From a bacterium (GTDB taxonomy: Bacteria > Vulcanimicrobiota > JABDET01), in NCBI GenBank assembly GCA_021817145.1, contig JAKAVV010000007.1, positions 66,957 to 130,956 on the forward strand: 64,000 nt of DNA, in the 5' to 3' direction. The notes beneath the pieces are model-generated. The model worked only from the letters and a program-made list of their open reading frames with translations, was not told where the DNA came from and did no database searches. Positions 47,613 through 57,305 of the stretch are shown one piece after another. Position numbers and translations under genes: made by a program. Every line of letters begins with the position of its first letter. Within the stretch, counting starts at the first letter, position 1.

Positions 47613-48613
47613 TAAGTTTTGGAATTGAAACCAGCTGTGATGAAACTTCAGTCGCTTTTGTTGAAGATGCCGTTAAAATAAAGGTGAATTTAATTTCATC
47701 TCAGGTGAAGATCCATCAAGAATATGGAGGGGTTGTTCCTGAGATCGCTTCTCGCAAACACCTGGAAAATATTAATGTTTTGATTGATCAGGCTTTGGAG
47801 CAAACAGGAATATCCTGGGATCAGGTTGATTTAATTTCAGCTACAAAAGGACCAGGATTGGTTGGAGCTTTACTGGTGGGTGTGGCAGCAGCCAAAAGTT
47901 TGTCTGTTGCATTAGATCTTCCATTGATTGGAGTCAATCATCTGGTTGCTCATGTTTATGCCAACTTTTTAGAGCATCCTGATCTGCGGTTTCCTTTCCT
48001 TGCTCTGATTGTTTCAGGAGGACATACTTGTCTGGTGGAAATGAAAGAGCATTTTTCCTGGAAAACACTCGGCGCAACTCGTGATGATGCAGCAGGGGAG
48101 GCTTTTGACAAGGTGGCACGGATCTTGGATTTGGGGTATCCAGGCGGACCAGTGATTGATCAATTGGCGAAAAAAGGGGATCCTGAAAAAATCCGATTTC
48201 CACGTAGTTATTTAGAACCCGATTCTCTAGGTTTCAGCTACAGCGGATTAAAAACATCTGTGATGAATGCTCAAAAAAGAGGAGATTTAAAGGGTTTTCG
48301 CATTGAAGATATCGCTGCTTCTTTCCAGGAAGCAGTGGTGGATCCTCTGGTTGAAAAAACCAGAAGAGCTGTGTTGAAAACTGGAATCAAGCAGGTTTTA
48401 CTGGCAGGTGGAGTGGCTTGCAACAGCCGTTTAAGAGAGCGATTAAAACAGGCTTCCGAAAAATTTGATTTTGCGCTGTATTATCCAAGTCCAAAGCTCT
48501 GCACAGACAATGCGGCAATGATTGCCTGCGCGGGCAGTTTTTTATATCAAAAAGGGGTTCGGGAAGATCTGGGCATGGATGTGATTCCTCAATTGGAAGG
48601 TTTTTTGAATTGA
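47609..48613 (+). CDS. tsaD: tRNA N6-adenosine threonylcarbamoyltransferase TsaD
   Basis: MISFGIETSCDETSVAF is present, with metal-binding His residues (VNHLVAH). The ORF is 334 aa. Confidence 0.9.
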   Translation: MISFGIETSCDETSVAFVEDAVKIKVNLISSQVKIHQEYGGVVPEIASRKHLENINVLIDQALEQTGISWDQVDLISATKGPGLVGALLVGVAAAKSLSVALDLPLIGVNHLVAHVYANFLEHPDLRFPFLALIVSGGHTCLVEMKEHFSWKTLGATRDDAAGEAFDKVARILDLGYPGGPVIDQLAKKGDPEKIRFPRSYLEPDSLGFSYSGLKTSVMNAQKRGDLKGFRIEDIAASFQEAVVDPLVEKTRRAVLKTGIKQVLLAGGVACNSRLRERLKQASEKFDFALYYPSPKLCTDNAAMIACAGSFLYQKGVREDLGMDVIPQLEGFLN

Positions 48614-48656
48614 CGCAGAGAAAGAAACCCATGGAGAAAAAAATAAAATAAAAACA

Positions 48657-51600
48657 ATGAAGCGCTCTTTCCTTTTTATCTTTTGGGTTCTTTTTTTTGT
48701 ATTTCCTGTTTTTATGGCTTATGGAAAGCTGGATAGATCAGGTTTTATCTCCCCTCGCGATCTGCGCCCAGGGATGGTTGGATACGGCAAAACGGTTTTT
48801 GAAGGAACTAAAATTTCAACCTTTAAAGTTGTCGTTTTAGGGGTTATTCCGAAATTTATTTCAGGAGCAGATTTGATTCTTGTTAAAGTGGAAAGCCCTT
48901 ATCTTCTCAAAAGAGGAATTGGTCTTGTTGCTGGAATGAGCGGATCTCCTGTGTATTTTGACGGGAAATTAGCAGGGGCTGTCGCTTATGGATGGCCCTT
49001 TACAAAAGCCGCGATCGCAGGGGTTGTCCCAATTAATGCCATGCTGACCACGAATCTTCCCGAAAAAGCTCCCAATCTTGCTTATGGAGGAACCTATCAT
49101 CTTGGAAAAGCAATGAGTATTGAAGGGAAAAAGGTCAATACGATTGTGGCTCAGCTCCCTGGGGAAGGAAATCAAGAAAATTCAGAAAGTTTGCCGAATT
49201 CTTTATCACTGGTTCCATTAAGCGGAATTCTAGCTGCTTCAGGATTTAACCCATCAGGATTTGCGGCTCTTGGGAAGATTTTCCCTATGGCTGAAATTGT
49301 TCCAGGCGGGGGGAAAATGAAGATTAAAGATCCTCCTCCTGTTGAACCAGGACAGTCTGTTGGGGTTGCTTTAATGGAAGGGGACATGAATCTGATTGCA
49401 ACCGGCACTTTGACTTATCGCAGTGGATCTCGGATTTTAGCTTTTGGGCATCCTTTTCTTTTTCTTGGGAACGTGGATTTCCCAATGGTCCAAACCTACG
49501 TCCACTATATCCTTCCCAGCATGGAACTCCCTTTTAAATTTGCCTCTCCTATTCGACCTGTTGGGCAGATTGCTCAAGATAGACTGTATGGGATTGGAGG
49601 AGTTTTAGGTAAATCCGCTTCTCTTGTTCCTATTAACATTACTGTTTTTGATAAAGAGAGAAAAGTCAGAAAAGAGTTTCATGTTAGAATTATTCGATCT
49701 CCAATCTTAACTCCGAGACTGGCTACATTGGCTATCAGCCAGGCGATTCCCGCTGTCACAAAGCTGCTGGGAGGAGCGACTGCATCTGTTGATTACACGA
49801 TTCAATTTCAGGGATATCCACCAATTAGAAAGAGAAATTTACTTTTTTCTCAAGCGAGCATTTCAGCGATAACCACTTTTGACGTGCTTGATCCACTACA
49901 GAAAATTTTGGAGAATAATTTTAAAAAGGTTCATTTAGTGAAAATCAATGTGAAAGTTAATGTGAAACCAGGGATTATGGCAGCCACTATTCAAAAAGTG
50001 GTTTTAGACAGGCATACCATAAAACCAGGAGGACTCCTGGGGATAAGGGTCTGGCTGAAGCCCTATGACAAAAAAGTTGTTGAAAAGCGGTTCAGAATAA
50101 GAATCCCTGCCGATGTTCAAGGGATAGTTCAGGTTGGTATTGCTGGTGGACCTGCGAATAATTTGTTGAAAAGAAATATGAGTATTCCCCCTCCTGCTCC
50201 ATTAAATGTAAAAGAGATGATCCAGCAGGTTCAGGAGGCTCCTCCTTTTAATTCTTTGATTATTCGTCTTTCACTTCCTAGAGGGGCTCTTAATTGGAAA
50301 GGGGAGTCTTTCTCCAATTTCCCTTCTGCTTATGCCAATTTGCTGAAGGCGTCTGGCTCAGGCTCTTTAACCCTTCATTCTGACAGCTTGAAACAGGTGT
50401 ACAGGATGCCCTGGGTTATTTTAGGAAGCACAATTAAACATGTCATGATTGAAGTGAGCCCTCAGCCAAAGCTGAAGCAGACTCCTATCCCACCGGTTCA
50501 ACCCCATCCTGTTTTCTTTGATCCAGCAGATAGTTTGCATCCTCTTTTTATAGACACTTCTTATTCTGCGGCTGCTCCTCTGGTTACTAATCATAAAGTG
50601 ATCCACAATCCGCAGCAAACAGTAACAAAAAGAGTTCTCCCTCCTTTGCCATCTCTGCCTACTGCGAATTCGCTGATCCCAAGCAATTTAGTGACAGTGT
50701 CATTTGATCAGTTGCAGAACTGGCAGCAAGGAACTTTGAAGAATCTGGCTGTTTCTCCAAAAGGGGATCTTTTTGCAGCTCCTGCCGTAAAAATTCTTGG
50801 GCATTTTAAAGAAAATAACCTTTTATCCATCACTGGATTCAAGGGAGCGCAGTATGTGGGCACTGCTGATCCTGGAAGAATTTATAAAGTGGCAAATGGA
50901 AAAAAAGTTTTATTTTTTAACCCTAAAACCATGGGTGTTCTGAGCATGGCATCTCTTTCAAATGGAGATCTGCTGGCAGGCACGATGAATGGAAGGATTT
51001 TCTGGCTTAATTCAAAGGGGAAGATAATCCACTGGTATCATCTTCCCGAGAAATACATTTGGGATATTGTACCCTATCGAAAAAAGATTTATATTGCTGC
51101 TGGGAATCCAAGTGGGGTTGTTTATGAGTTAAATCTTCTTGCTCCCAGTCACCCCCCTGTTCTTCTTGCAAAAACGGAGGAATCTCATATTACAGCCATC
51201 TATCCTGAGAAACATTACCTTTATGCTGGAACAGCAAATAATGGACTGCTGCTGAGAATTTATCCGGATGGGGTGGTTCAAACTGCTGCTGATTTGAATG
51301 CTCAGGAAATTCTTTCTCTTACAGGAAATTCTGCTGGGGATCTGTATATTGGCGTTTCAGGGAATGGGATGATCTATTGTCTGAGTCCAGATGGCAGTCT
51401 GCGCCTTTTAACCCAGCTCCCATCAAAAGATATAACCTGGCTTGGAGAAAGAAAAGGAAATCTTTTTGCTGGAACAGGAATTCCAGCCAGGCTTTATGCT
51501 GTCCAATCTGATGGTTCTGTATCTCTTTTATGGGATGGCAGTCCTTCACATAAAAGCATGCCTGAGATCGGATTGAAAGGGAATAAAAGCGGAAAGGATT

Positions 51601-52574
51601 TTATTGTTTCGGGAAATTCATCATCCCTTTTCCATTTTTCAGAGAAAGAATTTAAGAAAGGAGTCTTTTTATCTCAAATTTTGGATGCGGGGAATGGTTC
51701 TTTATGGGGAAGATTACTCTGGTATGGGAAAACGCCTCCAGGCTCCAGAATTCTCGTTAAAACCAGGACAGGGAATACTCCTTTTCCTGATTCTACCTGG
51801 AGTTCGTGGTCATCCCCTTATCCATCTTCAGGGAAAACGATTCTGAGTTCGGGAAGATATTTGCAGTTTAAGGTTTCTCTTTTTAGAGATTCAGAAGGAA
51901 GATCTCCTGTGATGAAAGGAGTGCAGCTGTTTTGGAAGCCTGAAAACTTACCCCCTGTGATCAATGTTCTGCTGCCAAAATCAGGAGATGTGATTGATTC
52001 CAAGTCCCTTCTGCGAGGAACACTGCAAGATGCAGAGGGGAACACTTTATTATTTGAAATCTGGACTGAAAGAAAAGGGATAGAGAAAAAAGTTTATTCG
52101 AATCTTTTTTCCACTCCTGTAAAAGGGGTAACCCCCTTTATGATCCCATTGAGTTTTATCCATCAGAATGGAATTTTAAACTTGAAAATTCTGGTTTCCA
52201 ATTCCCCTTCTAATTTGCCTGGTAATATTTTAAAAAAAGAGATGACCATTAAAAATTTAACGTTTGATTCCACAACTCCTGAGGTTGTTTTAACTAAAAT
52301 TTATACTCGAAATCAAACCCTTCATCTCCAGGGGAAAGCGTATGATTTCGGAAGTTATGTTAAAAATATTCAGGTGCGCATGAATGAAGGCCCGTGGTTT
52401 GAGACTGTTCCTGAAAATGGAATTTTTGATTCGAAAAAAGAAAGATTTTACTTTAATTTTTCAGGGATCCCTGTTTCAACCATCAAGCAGATTCAAGTCC
52501 GAGCTTCTAATGCTGCAGGGAATCAATTTACAGTTACAAAGCAGCTCAAAGAGCTGCTGGCAAAAGGAGGATAA
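48657..52574 (+). CDS. Large secreted multidomain protein with an N-terminal trypsin-fold (S55/SpoIVB-like) protease domain, β-propeller repeats and C-terminal Ig-like region
   Basis: A signal peptide is present. GMSGSPVY matches the GxSGSP Ser-protease motif. Repeated NG(R/L)I...DG blades lie around aa 860-1000. The ORF is 1305 aa. Confidence 0.55.
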   Translation: MKRSFLFIFWVLFFVFPVFMAYGKLDRSGFISPRDLRPGMVGYGKTVFEGTKISTFKVVVLGVIPKFISGADLILVKVESPYLLKRGIGLVAGMSGSPVYFDGKLAGAVAYGWPFTKAAIAGVVPINAMLTTNLPEKAPNLAYGGTYHLGKAMSIEGKKVNTIVAQLPGEGNQENSESLPNSLSLVPLSGILAASGFNPSGFAALGKIFPMAEIVPGGGKMKIKDPPPVEPGQSVGVALMEGDMNLIATGTLTYRSGSRILAFGHPFLFLGNVDFPMVQTYVHYILPSMELPFKFASPIRPVGQIAQDRLYGIGGVLGKSASLVPINITVFDKERKVRKEFHVRIIRSPILTPRLATLAISQAIPAVTKLLGGATASVDYTIQFQGYPPIRKRNLLFSQASISAITTFDVLDPLQKILENNFKKVHLVKINVKVNVKPGIMAATIQKVVLDRHTIKPGGLLGIRVWLKPYDKKVVEKRFRIRIPADVQGIVQVGIAGGPANNLLKRNMSIPPPAPLNVKEMIQQVQEAPPFNSLIIRLSLPRGALNWKGESFSNFPSAYANLLKASGSGSLTLHSDSLKQVYRMPWVILGSTIKHVMIEVSPQPKLKQTPIPPVQPHPVFFDPADSLHPLFIDTSYSAAAPLVTNHKVIHNPQQTVTKRVLPPLPSLPTANSLIPSNLVTVSFDQLQNWQQGTLKNLAVSPKGDLFAAPAVKILGHFKENNLLSITGFKGAQYVGTADPGRIYKVANGKKVLFFNPKTMGVLSMASLSNGDLLAGTMNGRIFWLNSKGKIIHWYHLPEKYIWDIVPYRKKIYIAAGNPSGVVYELNLLAPSHPPVLLAKTEESHITAIYPEKHYLYAGTANNGLLLRIYPDGVVQTAADLNAQEILSLTGNSAGDLYIGVSGNGMIYCLSPDGSLRLLTQLPSKDITWLGERKGNLFAGTGIPARLYAVQSDGSVSLLWDGSPSHKSMPEIGLKGNKSGKDFIVSGNSSSLFHFSEKEFKKGVFLSQILDAGNGSLWGRLLWYGKTPPGSRILVKTRTGNTPFPDSTWSSWSSPYPSSGKTILSSGRYLQFKVSLFRDSEGRSPVMKGVQLFWKPENLPPVINVLLPKSGDVIDSKSLLRGTLQDAEGNTLLFEIWTERKGIEKKVYSNLFSTPVKGVTPFMIPLSFIHQNGILNLKILVSNSPSNLPGNILKKEMTIKNLTFDSTTPEVVLTKIYTRNQTLHLQGKAYDFGSYVKNIQVRMNEGPWFETVPENGIFDSKKERFYFNFSGIPVSTIKQIQVRASNAAGNQFTVTKQLKELLAKGG

Positions 52575-52577
52575 ACA

Positions 52578-53510
52578 ATGACTGCTTCTTTAACAGATGA
52601 AACAACAAGAATAAAAACAGTGGTGGTTTTAGGATCAGGGGCAATGGGTTCTGGAATTGCTCAGGTTCTTGCTCAAACTGGATATTCTGTCATTGTTCGT
52701 GATACAGAAGAGCGGTTTTTAAAAAAAGGGAAAGAAGGGATTGAAGACAGCCTTTCTCGACTTGTAAAAAAAGGGGCAGTGTCCTCATCTGAAAAAGAAA
52801 CGGTTTTAAATCGCCTGTTACTGACAACTGAGATTGAAAAAGTAAAAGAAGGAGATTTTATTATTGAGGCTGTAACAGAAGATCTTGAAATAAAGAAAGA
52901 ACTGTTTCGAAAGATTGATTCAGTGGCAAAACCGGGCGCGATTATTGCGACGAATACTTCCAGTCTTTCTGTAACAGAGCTGGCTCTCTGCACAAAAAGA
53001 GCGGATAAAGTTGTGGGGATGCACTTTTTTAATCCTGTGCCTGTGATGAAACTGGTAGAGGTCGTAAAGACAGCTTATACGTCTAAAGAAACGTTTCAAA
53101 TCACCTGGGACCTTGCAAAAAGAATGGGGAAAGAGCCGATTGAAGCAAAAGATACTCCAGGGTTTATTTTTAATCGTCTGATTATTCCTTATTTAAATGA
53201 AGCTTTCTGGGCTGTTTATGAAGGAGTTGGAAAAGTTGAAGATATTGATAAAGCCATGAAATTAGGTGGAAATATGCCGATTGGACCTCTGCAGCTTCTG
53301 GATCTGGTTGGTCTGGATGTGCAGCTCCATGCCTGCGAAACGTTTTATCGAGAGTTTGGAGATCCGAAATTTAGACCCTGCCCTTTAAATCGCCAAATGG
53401 TGAGAGCGGGATACTTAGGAAGAAAAGTGAAAAAAGGATTTTACGATTATACAGTTGATCCTCCAACCCCTTATTCTTTTGATTTAAGGTCATGGGGACT
53501 GCCTGCTTGA
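52578..53510 (+). CDS. hbd: 3-hydroxyacyl-CoA (3-hydroxybutyryl-CoA) dehydrogenase
   Basis: A Rossmann fold (VVVLGSGAMGSGIAQV) and the HFFNPVPVMKLVEV motif are present. Confidence 0.85.
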   Translation: MTASLTDETTRIKTVVVLGSGAMGSGIAQVLAQTGYSVIVRDTEERFLKKGKEGIEDSLSRLVKKGAVSSSEKETVLNRLLLTTEIEKVKEGDFIIEAVTEDLEIKKELFRKIDSVAKPGAIIATNTSSLSVTELALCTKRADKVVGMHFFNPVPVMKLVEVVKTAYTSKETFQITWDLAKRMGKEPIEAKDTPGFIFNRLIIPYLNEAFWAVYEGVGKVEDIDKAMKLGGNMPIGPLQLLDLVGLDVQLHACETFYREFGDPKFRPCPLNRQMVRAGYLGRKVKKGFYDYTVDPPTPYSFDLRSWGLPA

Positions 53511-53560
53511 CCTTGCTGGATCACGGCAGACTGTTATCGTAAAAATTTACATCATAAAAT

Positions 53561-55219
53561 ATGTCAGTTGGACTTGTTCTTGGAACCAGAGAATCTTCTC
53601 CCCTTGAGTTTTGGGTCGGAGTGGAAGAAGGGGAGTATCTTCAGCTCGATGATCTGGTAACTGTTCAAACAGAAGTTCCTGGAAAAAATGAAACGGTCAC
53701 ATTTTATGGAGTAGTGGATTTTGTCGCTAAAAAATTTGAAGGGACGCAGTTTGACTCAGATACCGCTTTAGCAGTAGGCGGGGTTTTGCCTGTTACCCTT
53801 TCTCATGCAGCCCATGTGGTGGTTACCAGGATTGAACCTGAACGATACATCCCTCCCCATCCAGGAAATAAAGTTTACCGCTGCACAGGGGACCAGGTCA
53901 GCCATGGGCTTTATTTTGATAGAATGGAGAAAAAGATCCCTGTTGGATTAAGCAAAACAGGGGATCCGATTTACTTAAATTGGGAGTTTTTAAATGGAGA
54001 AAAAGGGGCTCATGTCAGTATTTCAGGGATATCGGGGATTGCCACAAAAACGACGTTTGCCACTTTTCTTTTGTACAGTTTATTTCACTCAGGAGTTTTA
54101 GGAAATGAAGCTCCTAATACCCATGCTATTATTTTCAATGTTAAAGGGGAGGATCTGCTTTTTTTAGATAGGAAAAACAAAAAGTTTTCGGAAGAAGAGA
54201 AAAAAAAGTATGAGAGATTGAATTTAAGCCTTTCCCCTTTTGAATCTGTCTCCTTCCATGCCCCTGCAAAACCTCATGAATCTCTTTTAATCCCTGCCAC
54301 AACAACAAGAACCCAGGATGTCAAACCATTTTTCTGGACATTAAGACAGGTTGCCAGAGAAAGACTGCTTGGGTATTTCTTTGAAGAAGGGGGGGAAGAC
54401 CTGGGAATGATGGAACACGCGATCTCTGTTTTAATGGAAAAGCTGTTCCAGTTAGCTCAAGATGATAAACCAGATGATACCCCTTTGGTTTCGCAGTCTG
54501 GTTCTATGATGAATTCTCTGGATGATTTGCTAAATGATTTGCGTGACCATCCGGATGACTGGTATGGTTCAACACAAGTCGCTTCTCAAACTCAAAGAGC
54601 AATTTTTAGAAGACTGAGCCAGGCTCTGCAGCATGGCGGTTCACTGGTTAGACCCCTGCCCCCTGCCAGCAAATTATCCGATTATCAAATCTCCTGGAAA
54701 GAAAAACAGTTGACTGTGATTGACCTGCATACCCTGCAGTCAGGAGCAAAAATGTTTGTGGTAGGATCTGTTTTAAAGAAAGTTTTCGAAGAAAAAGAAA
54801 AAACAGGGACTGCTCTTCCCCGCGTTTTTATTGTTGTGGATGAATTGAACAAATACGCTCCAAGAGATGGCTGGAGCCCGATTAAAAACAAACTGCTGGA
54901 TATTGCTGAAAGAGGGAGAAGTCTTGGGATTATTTTAATTGGAGCCCAGCAGACAGCCAGTGAAGTGGAGCGAAGGATCTTTGGAAATGCCGCGATTAAA
55001 GTGGCGGGAAGACTGGATGCTTCAGAAGCAGAACACTCGGAGTACGATTTTTTAACCACGACTTTCAGGAAAAGAGCGATCATGCTGAATCCAGGAACCA
55101 TGATTATCACTCAACCCGATGTTCCAACCCCTGTTTTGATCCAGACCCCTTTCCCCTTATGGGCAACTCGTCCTCAAGAAGCCGAAGTTCCTGAAGATTT
55201 GTTTGAAAAGATTTTTTAA
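53561..55219 (+). CDS. HerA/DUF87-family ATPase (HAS-barrel plus RecA-like core), solitary
   Basis: An N-terminal HAS-barrel-like region is present. The Walker B is VFIVVDELNKYAP and the C-terminal motif is ILIGAQQTASEV ... IKVAGRL. The Walker A is atypical, reading GISGIATKTT. Confidence 0.6.
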   Translation: MSVGLVLGTRESSPLEFWVGVEEGEYLQLDDLVTVQTEVPGKNETVTFYGVVDFVAKKFEGTQFDSDTALAVGGVLPVTLSHAAHVVVTRIEPERYIPPHPGNKVYRCTGDQVSHGLYFDRMEKKIPVGLSKTGDPIYLNWEFLNGEKGAHVSISGISGIATKTTFATFLLYSLFHSGVLGNEAPNTHAIIFNVKGEDLLFLDRKNKKFSEEEKKKYERLNLSLSPFESVSFHAPAKPHESLLIPATTTRTQDVKPFFWTLRQVARERLLGYFFEEGGEDLGMMEHAISVLMEKLFQLAQDDKPDDTPLVSQSGSMMNSLDDLLNDLRDHPDDWYGSTQVASQTQRAIFRRLSQALQHGGSLVRPLPPASKLSDYQISWKEKQLTVIDLHTLQSGAKMFVVGSVLKKVFEEKEKTGTALPRVFIVVDELNKYAPRDGWSPIKNKLLDIAERGRSLGIILIGAQQTASEVERRIFGNAAIKVAGRLDASEAEHSEYDFLTTTFRKRAIMLNPGTMIITQPDVPTPVLIQTPFPLWATRPQEAEVPEDLFEKIF

Positions 55220-55314
55220 GGGAATTTGAAAGGTTTTTAAAAGAAGGACACATAATATTTGGGAAAAGGATTTTATCTTTAAATGAAATTACTGAATGGA
55301 AAGGAGTAACAATC

Positions 55315-55530
55315 ATGGACGCTAGTGTGCCCTCCTGTAGGATGCCTGAAACTTGGTGCGGTTATAACTGCGATGCGCAATGCCTGCATTGTTGCCCTAT
55401 ACATGGCTGTTGTGATCATTGTAATGATGCTTGCATGTGTCGTTTGGGCAATTGCTGCTCAGGAATACCTCCAGGAACCATACACTCAACTGCAACTTCC
55501 TGTCGAAACAGCTGTCTTTGCCCTGATTAG
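55315..55530 (+). CDS. Very Cys-rich 71-aa ORF; alternatively the overlapping +1 frame 55325..55546 encodes a single-TM peptide
   Basis: TG-rich DNA gives Cys codons in one frame and a VVIIVMMLACVVWAIAA helix in the other. The true coding frame is unresolved. Confidence 0.2.
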   Translation: MDASVPSCRMPETWCGYNCDAQCLHCCPIHGCCDHCNDACMCRLGNCCSGIPPGTIHSTATSCRNSCLCPD

Positions 55531-55650
55531 AGCGTCTCCTGTTTAATTCAAAACTGCATGTTCTGCATCTTTCTCTTTTTCTTGTTTAAAGTTTCAGAAG
55601 GATTTAATCCTTTTTTGACAAAATTTTCGGGGTAGGATCTAGGAGGTGAT

Positions 55651-56616
55651 TTGGGGATCAGAACTCTCGATCTTTTTGCAGGGTGTGGTGGGAGCAGTCA
55701 GGGTGCCCGCTATGCAGGGTGTGAGATTGTTTCAGCCATTGATAAATGGAAACTGGCTGAGACTACTTTTAAGGATAATTTCCCAAAAACGCGTTTTTAC
55801 TGTGAGGAGATGGACTCCTTTACTTCAAAGCGGATACGCGCCGAGTTTAATAACATTGATTTGATTCTGGCGTCTCCTGAGTGTACAAATCATACCTGTG
55901 CTAAAGGAGGTGTTCGACGCTCTGAGGATATACGCTCTGAGGATAGCAGAAAGACGGCATTTCACGTTCTTAAGTTCGCCAAAGAGTTAATGCCTCGCTG
56001 GATTGTTATCGAAAATGTAACCCAGATGAGATCATGGTCCAGATATGCCGAATTTATCGAGAGTTTGCGCAGGGCGGGATCGGGGTATCAGGTCCGTGAG
56101 CAGGTTCTAAATTCGGCCGATTTCGGTGTGCCGCAGCGGAGGGTACGCCTGTTCATCCTTTGTGATCGAAAAAGAAAACCTCCTGAGGTGTTGCCGACTA
56201 GAAGAAGATGGGTCCCTATTGGTAAGTTTCTTGAAATGAACGGGAAATATTCATTAACGCCGCTTTATAGTAAGGGGCGTGCTGAGCGTACTATAGAACG
56301 TGCGAGACGAGCCATTAAGGAGCTCGAGAGAGATACACCCTTTCTCATTGTGTATTACGGCAACGATTCAGCGGGTGGCTGGCAGAGGCTGGATGCCCCG
56401 CTTCGCACGATTACGACGCTGGATCGTTTTGCCCTTGTCAGAAAGGAGGGTCGGTACTTAATGAGAATGCTGCAGGTTCCGGAACTGCAGGCTGCCATGG
56501 GATTTCCTGACAATTACAAATTTGAATTTGGGAGCAGGAGAGAAAAAATTCACTTACTGGGCAACGCCGTCTGTCCACCTGTTATGAAGGCGGTTGTTTC
56601 TCGCCTTACACATTGA
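55651..56616 (+). CDS. DNA (cytosine-5)-methyltransferase
   Basis: Motif I is LDLFAGCGG, motif IV is the PC-like ASPEC, motif VI is VIENV and motif VIII is VPQRRVRLFI. This gene marks the start of the higher-G+C island. Confidence 0.8.
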   Translation: MGIRTLDLFAGCGGSSQGARYAGCEIVSAIDKWKLAETTFKDNFPKTRFYCEEMDSFTSKRIRAEFNNIDLILASPECTNHTCAKGGVRRSEDIRSEDSRKTAFHVLKFAKELMPRWIVIENVTQMRSWSRYAEFIESLRRAGSGYQVREQVLNSADFGVPQRRVRLFILCDRKRKPPEVLPTRRRWVPIGKFLEMNGKYSLTPLYSKGRAERTIERARRAIKELERDTPFLIVYYGNDSAGGWQRLDAPLRTITTLDRFALVRKEGRYLMRMLQVPELQAAMGFPDNYKFEFGSRREKIHLLGNAVCPPVMKAVVSRLTH

Positions 56617-57305
56617 GGCAACTGGACGAGGCTAAGCTCAGGTTTTTCACCAGGAAATTGCTGGCCTGGTCCAGAGACAATCTTCGTAGCTATCCCTGGC
56701 GGAGAACCCGTAGTCCGTATCGCGTACTTATTGCGGAGCTCATGCTTCGGAGGACGCGGGCAGATCAGGTATTACCAGTCTATCGCCTTTTCATGCGTCG
56801 GTTTCCAACCCTGCGAGATTTCCTTGGCGGCACCGCGCAGGAGATACTAAAATTACTGAAACCGCTCGGGTTGCGCTGGAGGGCCAGGAATTTTATTTCC
56901 TTGCGCGATTATCTTGAAAAACATTCTATAAAGGTGTTGCCTCTCGAGTATCGCCTGCTGACGGCAATGCCCGGCATCGGCGATTATGTGGCCCGTGCCT
57001 TGCTTTGTTTTACAGGTGAATCGCCCGTTTACTTAGTGGACGTGAACGTAATCAGGCTTGTATGTAGATTCTTTGGATACCAAAATAATCCGGAACTCAG
57101 ACGGCGGAAATGGTTCCGTGAAATCATGGAGGCTTTGACCCTGCGGAAAAGGTGCCGCGAGTTTGTGCAGGTGACTCTGGATTTACCTGCCACGGTTTGC
57201 TTACCGAAAAAGCCAAAATGTGGGATATGTCCCTTGTTCCGGCGATGCTCTTATGGAGCTATGCTGTCGGTACCGCCGGATAACATGGGAAAGACCATTC
57301 TTTAA
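56613..57305 (+). CDS. HhH-GPD superfamily DNA glycosylase (EndoIII/MutY/Mig family) with a [4Fe-4S] cluster loop
   Basis: The helix-hairpin-helix is LTAMPGIGDYVARALL and the catalytic Asp region is LVDVNVIRL. The FCL motif is C-x6-C-x2-C-x5-C (CLPKKPKCGICPLFRRC). A TTG start overlaps the methyltransferase stop. Confidence 0.75.
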   Translation: MRQLDEAKLRFFTRKLLAWSRDNLRSYPWRRTRSPYRVLIAELMLRRTRADQVLPVYRLFMRRFPTLRDFLGGTAQEILKLLKPLGLRWRARNFISLRDYLEKHSIKVLPLEYRLLTAMPGIGDYVARALLCFTGESPVYLVDVNVIRLVCRFFGYQNNPELRRRKWFREIMEALTLRKRCREFVQVTLDLPATVCLPKKPKCGICPLFRRCSYGAMLSVPPDNMGKTIL

